From: Gordius albopunctatus
Lineage: Eukaryota
NCBI GenBank assembly: GCA_964276515.1
Contig: OZ193909.1
Span: 13,206,001 to 13,270,000 of the forward strand
Reading direction: 5' to 3'
Length of the DNA stretch: 64,000 bases
Position numbers and translations under genes: made by a program. The notes under the pieces are model-generated. The model made no database searches. It had not been told where the DNA came from and saw nothing but the letters and a program-made list of their open reading frames with translations. Positions 14,101 to 26,759 of this stretch are shown here, in pieces. The stretch's first letter is position 1; every line of letters starts with the position of its first letter.

Positions 14101-15590
14101 TTTTCCGACGTATTATATCAAAACTCATTTGTAAGACAATCAAATCCAGTTTAAGCGACAAGTTAATTCCTCATCAATTAGGATTTGTGGTTAAAGGCGG
14201 CTGTGAGGCTGCCAGTCACGCTGCGTGGATAAGTCTTCAACAAATTCCCTCCAATCACTGCATGGTTAAACTAGACTTTGCCAATGCATTCAAGGACATT
14301 TTTAATACCCTCCCCAAACACCACGCATTTTATATCATTAAAAATTATTTTAATATCTCAAAAATTTAACACTGCTTCCGGTCATCATCAGCTTTTTTAT
14401 TACCCGAGATTTTAAAAAGCTACGATAGCTTCATGAAAAACACGCTAGAAGCCATCCTTAACATCAAATTCAGCACTTCTTCGTGGCTACAAGCCTCATT
14501 ATCCACTAAAGCTGGCGAGTTAGGCATACGCCTAGCTACCTCAATTTTACTAGCAGCCTTTATCTCCTCGTATAAATCCGCCCAAGGTTTGATCGACCGA
14601 TTAATCACAACAAGCGAAGACCCATCGTTTGTACAAGCTCTAGATGTCTGGTATGCCAACGTCAACCCAGGTACCTCCTTCCCCATAATTTCAAGACAAA
14701 AGGACTAGGATGCTGGCCTCGTATCGCGCTCCGTTGATTACCTCTTATCGAGTTTCGACGCCCGCCAGCACTTCAACCTTAAATTTTTGGTTTTTGACGG
14801 ATCGGGTCACGAGTGGCTAGAAGCTTATCCTAGTTCACTTTCTGGACTGATGTTGGAGGACCCAGAGCTTGAATACTCCATCGCCCTCAGACTAGGAATT
14901 CCCTATTCAAAGGAATATTCCTGTCGCAACTGCTCCCAGAACGTAGACATTTATGCGAGGCATCCCCTACACTGCCTTTACAATAAAATTAAATACACAA
15001 GGCAGGAAAAGGTGAATAACCTCATCCAAGCCGCTTTTAAAAAAGCCAACATTCCCTCCGTTTTAGAGCCGTCAGACCCTTCGTTGGAGGGAAGGATGCG
15101 ACCAGAAGGCTCTACCCTTATCCCTTGGCAAAATGGTCTACCCCTTAAATGGGATTTCACCTGCATAGACATTTTTGCCCCCTCTAACCAGAACTACAAC
15201 GCTCTGACCCTCGCCGAACACCGCAAAACGGTAAAATACCAGGCCCTCCTACCATCTAATATCTTTACCCCTATCGTTGCCTCGTGTTCTGGGACTTTTG
15301 GTCCGGCCGCCATTGAGCTTTTTAAAGAAATCAGCCGTCGCTCCCCGCCTTCTAAATATTCCACAAATTTTTTACTTAAACAAAAAATTGGTATTTTTAT
15401 AGCAAAGTACAATTTTAAATCCCTGGTCAACAGTTGACCACTTTTACAAGATGACACATGCGGCATTTTTGAATCATAATATTTTTATTTAGTTTTACAC
15501 CCGCTTTCATATTTCTCGAATGTTGACACTTCGTTTTTATAATGTTCTTACGTTCAAATAAACAACATATAAATAAAAAAAAGAAAAAAA
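14101..15590 (+). mobile_element. 5'-truncated, internally deleted CRE-type non-LTR retrotransposon (RT remnant, CCHC finger, RLE endonuclease)
   Basis: RT start QLGFVVKGGCEAASHA...KLDFANAF, then WLQASL...GELGIR, CCHC finger CRNC...HPLHC, and RLE motif RPEGSTLIPWQNGLPLKWDFTC...AEHRKTVKY. A-rich tail at 15571..15590. Frameshifts and stops present; central RT is missing. Confidence 0.8.
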
Positions 15591-16229
15591 ATTATATATA
15601 TTAGTAAATTGTACAAGCTTAAAAGATGGGACCTTAAATTTGCCTTGTACTTTCAATATCTCAAATATTCCAGATAATTTTATGTGTTAATTTTAAAAGC
15701 CTTCAAATTTTTATAGTCCTCATTAAAAGCTTTTGTTCCATTAAATAATAGTAGCCAATGTTTCACCTCAAGTTTCTCCAACAAGTGCTAATTTTTAATT
15801 TTTTACAGTATTAAATGGTACAAGTTCACCTATGTCTTCATGCTACAAGTTCTAACATTCCAAGTAACTTAAGGTGCTAATTTTGAGTTTTCTATAGTAG
15901 TGAATAGTACAAGTTTAATCATGGCTTCATGCTTCTCCACAAATAACATAAAAAGTAATTCATCGTTATTTTTATATTTTAATCTCATTTTTAATGTTTG
16001 ATTAGCAATGAGATTTTTAGTATCTAAAAAAGGGGGTTATTCTTTATTTTAATGGCTACACCAAACAAAATATTGTAAATTGTAGATGTGGTTTCCGATT
16101 TGATCAAAAAAATATTTAACAAATCTACTAAAATTACAATTGCCATTTTAAAGTAACTAATAGGATCGTATAAATTTCTAGATTTTCTAGCCTCGAATTC
16201 AAACAATTTGTATAATTTTTAATATTAAG

Positions 16230-17888
16230 TGTAGTGACAGTTATTATTATTAGTTATTTGTAACATACTTACCTATTTTAAAAAATATATGAATTTATCG
16301 CCTGCGTATGATTTTATCGTCTGCTTATAATTACTCGCGGTTATCGAAATAAAAATTCGTTTGTTTGGTTTTAATAAAACTATAATTGTTTATTCAATTA
16401 AGCTAAAAAATATTATCGATCGCTTCCAATATAAATTACCTACTGATGAAATTTTAAGATATATTTTTATCCTAGGAGTAAAATTACCTAGATTAAATGT
16501 TGAATTAAGAACTAAATACCCCATGGGCAATATAACATTTGACGAAACAGTAAATTTGGCTCTTGCTCTTTCATCAATTGAAGGCGAAACCTCTAACGAT
16601 TTGGACATAAATAAATTACATCGGGATAAAAAATATTTAACTAGGAATTTTACTAATAAATATAATACTTTTTCAGGAAATGTTCCTGATCTTAGCACCT
16701 TTAGGAACAGCAAGAAAATAGTATGTTATAGGTGTGGTAAACCAAACCACCTGGCTCGCGATTGTTGGTCAAATCCGCCGTCAAGAACTATAGCTAACTT
16801 GAAATACGATGATGCGGTAACGAAAGCTGGAATCGACGTTTTAATCAATCAGAGACCCTTCACTTTTCAATTCGATACTGGTGTAGCCTGCACAGTCATT
16901 GATGAACCGACGTGGCCTAGCTCCTAAACCACCATTATCACCAAGTTCAAATATTTACGGTTATGTCAAAACAAAAATTCAAACTTTGGGGAAGTGCAGT
17001 GCAAGGATAGAAGTAAACAATATATCACATGTCATAGATACGCATGTTGTAAAGTGGAAATGAAATTTGATTTTCGAAAATTTAGTTTATCACTTCCATC
17101 AATCATTAAATTAAACGTTATTTCCGATGATAAAAAATTTTTAACCGAAGAAGATATTTTCAAACAATTTCCAATGATTTTTAGTCAGAAATTAGGTAAA
17201 TTAAAAGATCTTAAAGTTGTTATTGAAGTAGAAAAAACAGCACGTCCGATAAGTTTAACCGCAAGACGTGTAACATTTCCGCTACGTCACGTTGTCGAAA
17301 CAGAGTTGAAACGTTTAGAAGGTGAAGGGATTATAAGAACGATCGACCCGACAACAACTCTCGACCAACTAAAATGGACGCACAATAATAGAATTGGAGA
17401 TGCCTTATGGAAACAAAAATATTACAGAAACCGAGGGTTAGATTAGAATACAGAGTCTTTACACCAAATAAAGAAGTCTGGGTCAAGAACGACAGATCCC
17501 CTGGCTAGAGAGAGGGTAGAATCCTTACAAAAATCAGTTACCTTCCTTACGATATGTAACTCGACAACAGAACACAACAAAAACACCCACATCAAATAAG
17601 ACCAAATAAAAGATCCGATTGGGCAGCTCTGAAGAGAACATACCTACGTACAAATGATTATCCGTACCACCTGTCAGAGACACCGAGGGTTTCGCTTAAA
17701 GAAGGGAGAAGTATAGTCACAGTTATTAGTTATTTAGTTATTTGAATATACGCTTCGTTATTTGTAACATAATTACCTATTTTAAAAAATATATAAATTT
17801 ATCGTCTGCGTATGATTTTATCGTCTGTTTATAATTACTCGCGGTTATTGAAATAAAAATTCGTTTTTTTGGTTTGCCGTTCACTACA
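16230..17888 (+). mobile_element. Internally deleted Gypsy LTR retrotransposon
   Basis: Termini TGTAGTGA...TCACTACA with 5-bp TSD TTAAG. LTRs at 16230..~16372 (truncated) and 17712..17888. PPT aaagaagggagaag. Gag zinc knuckle CYRCGKPNHLARDC, protease FDTG, and RT lead-in ARRVTFPLRHVVETELKRLEGEGII. Confidence 0.9.
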
Positions 17889-18511
17889 TTAAGCATATTT
17901 GAAACTCACTGTACCATTTCCGCCTTCAAAGATTATAAAAAAGCACTTAAATCGTTAGAACACCATACATTCCCCTTTTATTCAGAAAACGCAAGGTTGT
18001 CCAGAGTTTTTCTGTTGGTACCCTCGACTCCAGCTCCATCAACGCACGTCGGTAGTAGTGGGAACCTCCCGCTTGATCACCATTTCGAGTTAGCATAATC
18101 GCCCCTTAGGTCGTTTTTATGCACATTGGGGGCAGGTGTTTTCTTACACTCCCAAAACTTTTTTAATTTTATCAACGAGACCTTTAGTCGCAGCACTGAG
18201 CCGTTTCTGCTCAGGGTTCTGTGTCAAGGTGTTTGTTGTTGTTGTAGGTGGCTCCGCGTCCATTCCTTTTACCAATATGAGCCTCCCGTAACCATCAAAT
18301 CGTAAAGGGCTAGCCTGCTGGTTATAGATGCATCGCGTTAGAACTATTTAATTTAGAACTATGTAAATTTAATAATGATAATATTATTAAGTTGGTTTAA
18401 AGTGACCCACTTGCTTCTAGAACTATTAGTAATAATAAACTGGCCATAAAAACGTATTAACCTCTTTAAAATTTATGTTAGAATTTTATAGTGCATAATA
18501 TGATATATATA

Positions 18512-19501
18512 CATGGGCGTAGCCAGGTTTTGGATTGGGGGGAGAGTAAAAATGATTTGAGCTCAATTAGGGGAGGGGGGGGGAAACATATATATATTTT
18601 AATTTTTAAGGATTTTTGTAGTGTTTCGATCTCGTCTCGTCTCGGTCTCGAAAGCAAAATCTCGTCTCGTCTCGGCAGCGATTATGAAAATCTCGTCTCG
18701 TCTCGGTCTAGAATTCTCGTCTCGTCTCGACTTGAAAAAAATATATACGGAATAAAAAATTTCTCCTGTTTTATTAAAAATATTAAATAAGTTTTAAAAA
18801 ATTAAAATGGCAAATTTTTATATTTTTTGATAAACTTTAATACACAAACTTTTTAAAGATTTAACGGGACACGACATCTCATTGCCAATATAAAGATATG
18901 AATTCATTCAAAAAAATAAAATTTTCTATGGAAAGTGCAGACTAAAAAACTATAACACAATTTAGCAAATTGAGACCCTTTATTAACCATGGCTAAAGCT
19001 TCAAAGTAGACTTTAACACATTTAAGGCAAACATTTAAGTCTATTAGTACCATCATTAATTATAGCCCATAGTGTTCATTGCATGTTTACTATAGCGTTA
19101 TAAACCACAAAGTGCAAGTGATTTTTAATGATAATATTATTAATTACAGAATTGATAACTAGATGCACATATAAAAACGGGTAGAAACAACAATAAAAGC
19201 AGCATTATTATAGGATTAGGAATATGAGGTTTTAAACTCTAAATTGCACGTATTTAAATTTATGACAAAAATCTTTAAAATCAAATTTATATTCCAAATA
19301 ATTATCTTCCAATTCTAACTAACTTTGACATTAAATAGTTATTTATCGAATATAGTTGAAGCATAAAACTTCTAGAAAACTCATGCTTTAGATTTAATCT
19401 ATTGCGGTGTCATTAAATACCGAGATTTTTCTCGGTAGTTCCGCATCACTAGATTTTTGTATTGCATTTTTTTGTCATTTAGGGGGGGGGGCACGCTCAT
19501 A
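18512..19501. mobile_element. CATGGGCGTAGCC-family MITE carrying a nested insertion
   Basis: catgggcgtagccagg...ggggggcacgctcata, split by the element at 18619..19451. Confidence 0.7.
18619..19451. mobile_element. Non-autonomous hAT element with (TCTCG)n subterminal repeats
   Basis: Ends TAGTGTTTCG...CGCATCACTA, perfect 8-bp TSD GATTTTTG, clustered TCTCG pentamers near the left end. Confidence 0.8.
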
Positions 19502-20274
19502 TATATACACCAGATGTAGCTGAATTTTATATATGAATACATTATGCACAAATATATTTAGCCGAAAATAATTAGAGGTTCAAAAGGATCGCAAAATTTT
19601 TAATTAGTAAATAAATGCAATTATAAAAACAGAATTATTTGTATGTACCCGTGGCTTCATAGGTCATTCAAATCAGTTTTAAGGAAGTAGATATATATTT
19701 TAAATCATAATAAAATCGCAACTTTTCATCATCGCTAATATGCTAATGTGGAATTTTCTTCTAATTAGTTAAAAATATACTTCCATTAATAAACACAATT
19801 TAAATTTAAAATAGTGTTATAGTAAACCTATATTATTGACGAAATTGCATACAGAAGTCTTTTACAAATTAATCATATAATATCAAATTCTAAATTTGTA
19901 ACTTTACATTTTGTAAATTTTTAAGATAGTTATTAATTATTACTATCAATATGTAAAACAATGCAAAATATATTTCCTGCTATTAAAAATAGATTAAAAT
20001 TTGTATAGTTATTTTAAAATAATTAGTATAATAAACAAAGCTTACTAGTCATTATTATACAGTAGTGAATTTTTTATTTTTTAGACATTTTTACGAACGA
20101 GCACACACCTCCAACATGTGATAATCATCTGTTTCGATTTGAAAACAAAGAATTCTTCTCGGTAGGATTTATTGAATTTAAATTAAATGATTTAGCATAT
20201 ATATTTGTTGTCTCTGTCAATATCTTATCAGTTTAACTATTTAATCTTTGATTTATTTAATTTATTAATAAGGG

Positions 20275-20594
20275 CATTGGTGTTGCCAGCATTGGAAATA
20301 AGGGGGGGGGCGGATAATGATTTAAGGAGGGGCAAATTGTTTATTTCTTGAAATCTTAGGCATCATGGGCGTAGCCAGGGGGGCAAGGAGGGGCGGCTGC
20401 CCTCCTCTAAATCCAAAAATTTGTTGAAATTAATTAAAATTATGGCTAAATTTTCAAAATATGTTCATTTTGCCCATCCCTAAATCATTATTGCCCCCCC
20501 CCTCTAATTGCAATGCTGGCTACGCCCATTTTAGGCATAATTAAAATAAATTTCAGCAAATTTTGAGATCTAGGGGTAGACGAATACACCCATG
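20275..20594. mobile_element. CATGGGCG-family MITE with a same-family MITE (20364..20530) nested in opposite orientation
   Basis: Host TSD AATAAGGG (20267..20274 and 20595..20602). Nested copy TSD TTAGGCAT. Confidence 0.8.
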
Positions 20595-21755
20595 AATAAG
20601 GGTGCAATATAGTGTATTATACCTGATTGAGTGATAACTTTATCATCTCACATTAAACAGACTTTTTATTACTGTTTAAGTTAACACAAATGTAGAAAAT
20701 ATTTTTTGGCTTTGCTTAAATTATAGAGTTTATTAAATTATCAATTAATTAAACCATAAGTCTGACATAAATTCTTGTAAATTATGGATTGGATTGAGTT
20801 TACACTTTTAATGATTCAAAATCTGTTCAATTAAATGGTTGATTTTGTAAACATTTCTATTTTTAATAATATCATTTTAGAATGCAATGTTAGAATTTAT
20901 ATTAATTGTTTATTTCATGCACTTTTTTCCAATTATTCATTTTTATCTTCATAATTATAGTAAGAAATCAATGTAAATTCATAAAACAACTCTGCATATT
21001 AATGATAGCTCACTAAGTAAATTTAAACAGTAGAAATGCTATTAGGATAAGGAAACAAAAAACGGGGTTTTCCCATTTCGATATTACTGTAATTGAATTG
21101 AGACAGAAAAAACTTGTGTATACCTGCTGTTATTTTAGCTCGAATTATTTGGTTTGGCATACCCTCGCTCGCACCTTACAACCTTCTGCGGCTGCCAAAA
21201 TCAACAAGCATAAAACTTGGGGGGGCGGCGGCGGGATCGTCTCGACAGTTATTTTTGAGTGTAATTTTGAAAAGTTTGGGATATAAACGATAAGAGTTTT
21301 AGATAAAAATTCTCAACCTTAAAATGGATATAATTTTAAACACGCACCCATTCCGACTTTCATACTTTTTAATAACTCGCACCAACCTGAAAATTAAAAG
21401 TCTATGTCATACATAATTAAACCCGGAACCAAAATATTTCAACCTTGTTATAACACGAATTTGAAATAGCATAGGTTTGGTATAATTATATTATTTAAGA
21501 ACTAACAAGATTTTTGTTAATTATTTCAAAGCGTGCAAAATTTTAATTTTTTTAAATCGTAAACATTTTTACCTTAATTATATGAACTTTGGATTGAAGG
21601 GGGGGGGGGGAGGCACGTGAACTCTCTTGCCCCTGCCCCTGGCTATGCCAATACGTGAGAAAAATATTACTGGTTTCGGCAAACCTGTTGTTAAAATGCG
21701 TAAGAATTGTGAATATAAAAAGGATTTCAACCCCTCAGCCCACGATATGGACCGC

Positions 21756-22372
21756 CATAGGCGTACAGAAGGGGCCCCCCTTGGCAAAAATTAGTAATTT
21801 TTTTTTATTAAAAAATAACTTATTTTCGATTGAAAGTTTTTATTCTATAGCTGTGTAACTGACTCAAAATGACATTTATGAATAAATACCGATATATACT
21901 TTTTTATTTTTGAATTAAATTTCGACAAAAAGCCAATTAACCATTATTCTTTGTTTCCGCTATCATTTATTCACTTGCATCACAATGAAAAAAAGGAATT
22001 TGGAGCATTATTTCCCTATGAAATTATCCGATCCTTCTACATCTAAACCTAGTAATTCGTTGATCTATTGATAAAATATAAATACAAAAGCGGTGTAATT
22101 TTTTATTTTCTTTTGTCAAAAGATAAGACATCGAGATTTTCATCAGGAGTTGGGGCTAACTCCCGATGAATCGTTAGGAGCTTAAGCTACTAAAATATAT
22201 TTTAAAGATTTATAAGCCTGCTGCAACTATAGCAGTAAAAAATGAAAAGCATCATTAATAATATGAGTGAATAGAAAAATGGCTCCGCCTTATAAATAAT
22301 TTATTGAAATAAAATTTTTTTTTGAAAATTGGAAATTTTTTACCCCTTGGGAAAATCCTGGCTACGCGCCTG
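21756..22372. mobile_element. ~620-bp hAT-type MITE, long subfamily, copy 1
   Basis: cataggcgtac...gctacgcgcctg, TSD TGGACCGC. Internal sequence nearly identical to 32931..33597. Confidence 0.9.
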
Positions 22373-22771
22373 TGGACCGCCCTACGTTTCCACATTCTAA
22401 TCTTTACCCTGGCACTACATTAAATGTAGTAACAAATTGCATTAGTTACTACATTTAATGCCTCGTGAAAACTATTTCATATTGCATCATTGATTTCTTT
22501 TGCACTCGCACTACTCAATAAATATTTGTCCTGTATGTTTAACTAACGAATATTATTTAGACCGAAGGTAGTTAACAAAATCTAAATTTCTCGTTTAAGT
22601 GGAATTTTATATTCTATTTTCAAAATTCCACGCAATAATTAAAAAATTTCGGCCACGCTTTTTTATCAAAAAATTTGGCAAAAAATCGACAAATTTCTAA
22701 GCAAAACCACCAACCAAATTATAAAAATGCAAGAGTGGCGAAAAAATATTCATGACAATGTAGGGAGGGAC

Positions 22772-23904
22772 CAAAGGTCAGATTTGTTTGGAATTTTATG
22801 CCCGAACCCAGCCCGGTTCAATTTTTTGGTCTTATTGCCCGCCCGAACCCTTCTAGGTGTCCGCCCGGGCCCGCCCGAAACATCAGAGCTGCCCGAAATG
22901 CCCGGCCCGAAATATTAAATTTGCCTGTTAAGCCCGAAATTTTGCGATCTCAAATTCTTTCAACCACTATTAAAAAATAAGCATTAAATTAATGGCATAT
23001 TGAATAAAACAAATATATCAATATTTTATTTTCCGGACAAAATCTAATTTCCTATATTATTTAAAAGTCGAATGATATTTCCAAATAAAACTTTTGATCT
23101 TTAAGTTTAATCCTAATGGGTCAAAAAAACGTAGTATTTGGTCTTTCTAAAAAATTTGGTCAGAGTTTCTTTAAAATATTGTTTTCACTGACAAAACCGC
23201 TCTAGGTTACAATATATTAATCGGTAATGCATTTAGGTACAAATATTTTAAAACGTTTACAAATCATATAACAGCAAAATATTAATTAATTGCAGCCGAT
23301 GTCCTTGAAAATATTTATATAGCAATTTTTAAATTAAGTGTAAAATACATATACATATTTTATAAAACCCCTTACAATAAACAAAATTATAGTCCCCCTT
23401 TGGGTTAACCCGTTTAAGCCCCTACCCTATAAATAAACTTCTTAATGGATAAAATTAGTTCAATTAGTCAATCTGTGCTCTTAGAACTTACTTTTTTGAT
23501 AAAATAAAATAATTTGTCAATAGAGTTTAAATGTTAACACTTGCATGCATTGTTTCAATTTGGGCATGACGTCGACACATGTGAATTACGAACAACAATG
23601 AAAGGGCTACATAAATACAAATATTTCGATCATTTCCTTGGACATAGCTAGGAATAGGGATTTAATTGAAATAGAGTGGTTCGGGCAAAAATTATAGAAA
23701 TAACTTGGGGACAGATGACGAAATCAAGTTTCTTAACTCTTTTACCATTTTTATGTACAATCAAATAATAAAAAAGTAACAAAAATTAATAATACATTAT
23801 CTAAAATTTTTATTAAGCCCGAATTGCCCGAATCCTATCATCGTGCCCGCCGGGGCCCGCCCGAAAATAAAAATTTAGGGGGGTCGGGCAATCTGCTCTC
23901 TCTG
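22772..23904. mobile_element. ~1.1-kb non-autonomous hAT element with CCCG subterminal repeats
   Basis: 8-bp TSD GGAGGGAC, imperfect TIRs, and gcccgcccgaa motif clusters at both ends. Confidence 0.65.
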
Positions 23905-24032
23905 GGAGGGACTAGGGAGTAAGTTGCATGCGAAGGAAGGAGAGGAGGGAAAGAGCGTTCTTTTTCAAAAGCTTTGATTGATCACCCTTTTCTCTCCTAC
24001 TAGTGTGCGGGAGGGAGTCAAGATGTTCAAAC

Positions 24033-26013
24033 CAGGGGTTTGAACCCGCCCAAAATAAAATCGGGTTCTTGTTCGGGTTCTTGGAATTGGGTTCGGGTTC
24101 AAGAAATTATATTATACTAATAATGGGACATTCCATGTCAAATCGATCATAAAAAGGCGTTTTTCGGCCGACCCCCTCAGAATTTTATAAAATTTGGTGT
24201 AAATGTTAAAACTAGTAAAATTATTAATTTCTGAAAATTTTAGCTCATTTGGGCCACTACTTTTCGAGTTGTGGGCGCTCAAACGTCGAAAATCGGGCTT
24301 TTAAAAAATCGGTTCGTGAGGCTATAATTAATAAAATTTATAGGTTATTGGTCCCCAAATGTTATAATCTTTTTGTAGAGATAGGTAAGACCTATCTCTA
24401 TAGAAAAAAATCAAAAAAATATTTTTAAATTGATTGGTCATCTCATAATGGCCGAAATGGTCAAAATAGCAAAATCAATGATGAACCCTCTCAAACCGTT
24501 TCAAATTTAAGATAAATATTTTATACTATTTATTAATTAAATTAAATAAAAGAAAAAGTTGGCCGGCCATCTTGAAAGGGTCATAAATTGTTAAAATAGT
24601 TATTTTATTATTTGGCGCCAAAATGAATCTCTAAAAATGTTTTTTTGCTCAATAAGTATTCATATTATTTTAATATATCTATGCTGCAAATATTTTTGCT
24701 ATAAATTATCACCCCAACCCCCCCCCTTCATATTCCCCCTATCAATAATCTTCCCCGAAAGCTATAAATTTAATTTTTTTAAATAGAAACAGCTGTAAAA
24801 TGGTCTAAAATAATTTACTTCAATATAGTTGTAGGTACAAGTATATATTTATTGATTTTTATTCGACATGTAATAATAAATATTTATGTGAAAAACAGGC
24901 TCGTAAAATAGCTATAGAAATATTATTTAAATCAATTGTGTAGTAATAAATAAAATCGTCAGGATTATCGAATAACACAGATCCCATAGACAAATTCACT
25001 ATACTTACTAAGCAATATTCCACCTCTATAATAATAAATAAATAAAACGAATACAACGTCAAGGTGATGAGGTTGATATTAAAAGCCTTAATGGATATGT
25101 TACTTGTTCATTCGATTTCAAATGGTGGTTAGCCCTGTTGGTTATAGATAAAAATTATGAGGATGAAAAAATAATAGTTAGTTTGCTTCATCCATGCGGG
25201 GACAATATCTTTTGCTTTCCCAAATAAATGTCACAAATTATCTCTCAAGAAATTGGATATATTAACAAATGTATCACCTTTAACCACAACCGGGAGAACT
25301 TATACCTTATCTAAAAGGGAAATGCTTGAAGCGACAACACAACTTAATGCCTTTAGTAAAATATACTTCAAATAATGGTAAATTAATTTTTTATAGATTC
25401 TTGAAGACATGTAATTTATAGCAAAAATATTTGCATCATAGATATATTAAAATAATATGAATACTTAATGAGCAAAAAAACATTTTTAGAGATTCATTTT
25501 GGCGCCAAATAATAAAATAACTATTTTAACAATTTATGACCCTTTCAAGATGGCCGGCCAACTTTTTCTTTTATTTAATTTAATTAATAGATAGTATAAA
25601 ATATTTGTCTTAAATTTGAAACGGTTTGAGAGGGTTCATCATTGATTTTGCTATTTTGGCCATTATGAGATGACCAATCAATTTAAAAATATTTTTTTTG
25701 ATTTTTTTTCTATAGAGATAGGTCTTACCTATCTCTAAAACAAGATTATATCATTTGGGGACCAATAACCTATAAATTTTATATAAATACAGTTGACACA
25801 TAAATTATGTACATAATTTTGATATATTATTTAATCTTACAATTAAAACATCTTCTAATATTTGATCAGTCATTTGTGATCGATAAACCCGAACCCTTTT
25901 TTGTATTCATAGGGTTCGGGTTTTAAGGGTATTTTAAAAAATGGGTTCGGATTTGGGTTCGGTTTCTGTAAAACATCGGGTTTTACCCGGTTCGGGTTCG
26001 GGACAAACCCCTG
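24033..26013. mobile_element. Non-autonomous hAT element hosting a long-TIR element
   Basis: TIR CAGGGGTTTG / CAAACCCCTG, perfect 8-bp TSD GTTCAAAC, TTCGGG subterminal repeats at both ends. Confidence 0.85.
24125..25782 (+). mobile_element. Long-TIR DNA transposon derivative (Sola2-like) with a transposase C-terminal relic
   Basis: ~375-bp inverted repeat, 24331..24708 vs 25412..25782. Left end GGGACATTCCATGTCAAATCG. The frameshifted relic at 25051..25375 reads GYVTCSFDFKWWLAL...VSLLHPCG/TISFAFP...DILTNVSPLTTTGRTYTL. Superfamily assigned from recalled motif only. Confidence 0.6.
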
Positions 26014-26759
26014 GTTCAAACATAAAGAAAAACATAATGATTTTTTGAAATGTTAGCCTTAATTTGGTTAAATTAATTTATTTTGTGATATAATAGCAGC
26101 ACTGTTACCTCTCCTCTCACTAACTGCCTCCATTGTTCCCACCACACTAAATTTTGGCCTAGAAAATGCATTACTGTAACATAGTAAGTTTACACAATTC
26201 TGCCAATTGCTATCCATCATAGCCTTCTTTATTAGGATAAGCTGAAAATGTGTGTTTAAGTAGTTTGAGGTTGTAGATAGAAAATGTATTTTCCCAAAGA
26301 TCGAGTAGTCAGTCTTCTTGATATTAACAAAGACTCAACAATCGCTCGCCTATGTCATGCATGATACAAACAAATTTGAGTTTTTTCCTATTTCAAAGCG
26401 TTCGACACTTGCACCATACATTGGATCGGATTATTTTTTGTAGGAGTGGGGCATGATCCTTAAAAATGTTTAAGCCTTAATCTCTTAATTTTTAAAGAAT
26501 ACTCCCTTCCCCCTGTTACACCGATGGGCACATACTTATTTAGACTAATAATAACAATAAATTGAGGACATTTGGATTTATAGTGAGCACTGAGCAAAGT
26601 AGTTTGTAATCTAAAGTCATCTTCATCTCTAGACTTTCAAAATAGATTTCATATGCTCCCCGACCCCTAAATGAGGTTTGATTTTTGGCCCACCAACATT
26701 TTGTTCAAATTTTAACTTTTTGGGAAGTTTTACAATTACAACTTTTTCCCCCAAAAAAT

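Noticed and set aside
20084..20161. Possible non-coding upstream exon of AASS
   Set aside because: Only an AG/GT pair in AT-rich DNA, which is insufficient support.
22100..22180. Possible second hammerhead (CTGATGA on the minus strand of the long MITE)
   Set aside because: No helix II followed by GAAA at the right spacing. The CTGATGA lies within a simple hairpin.
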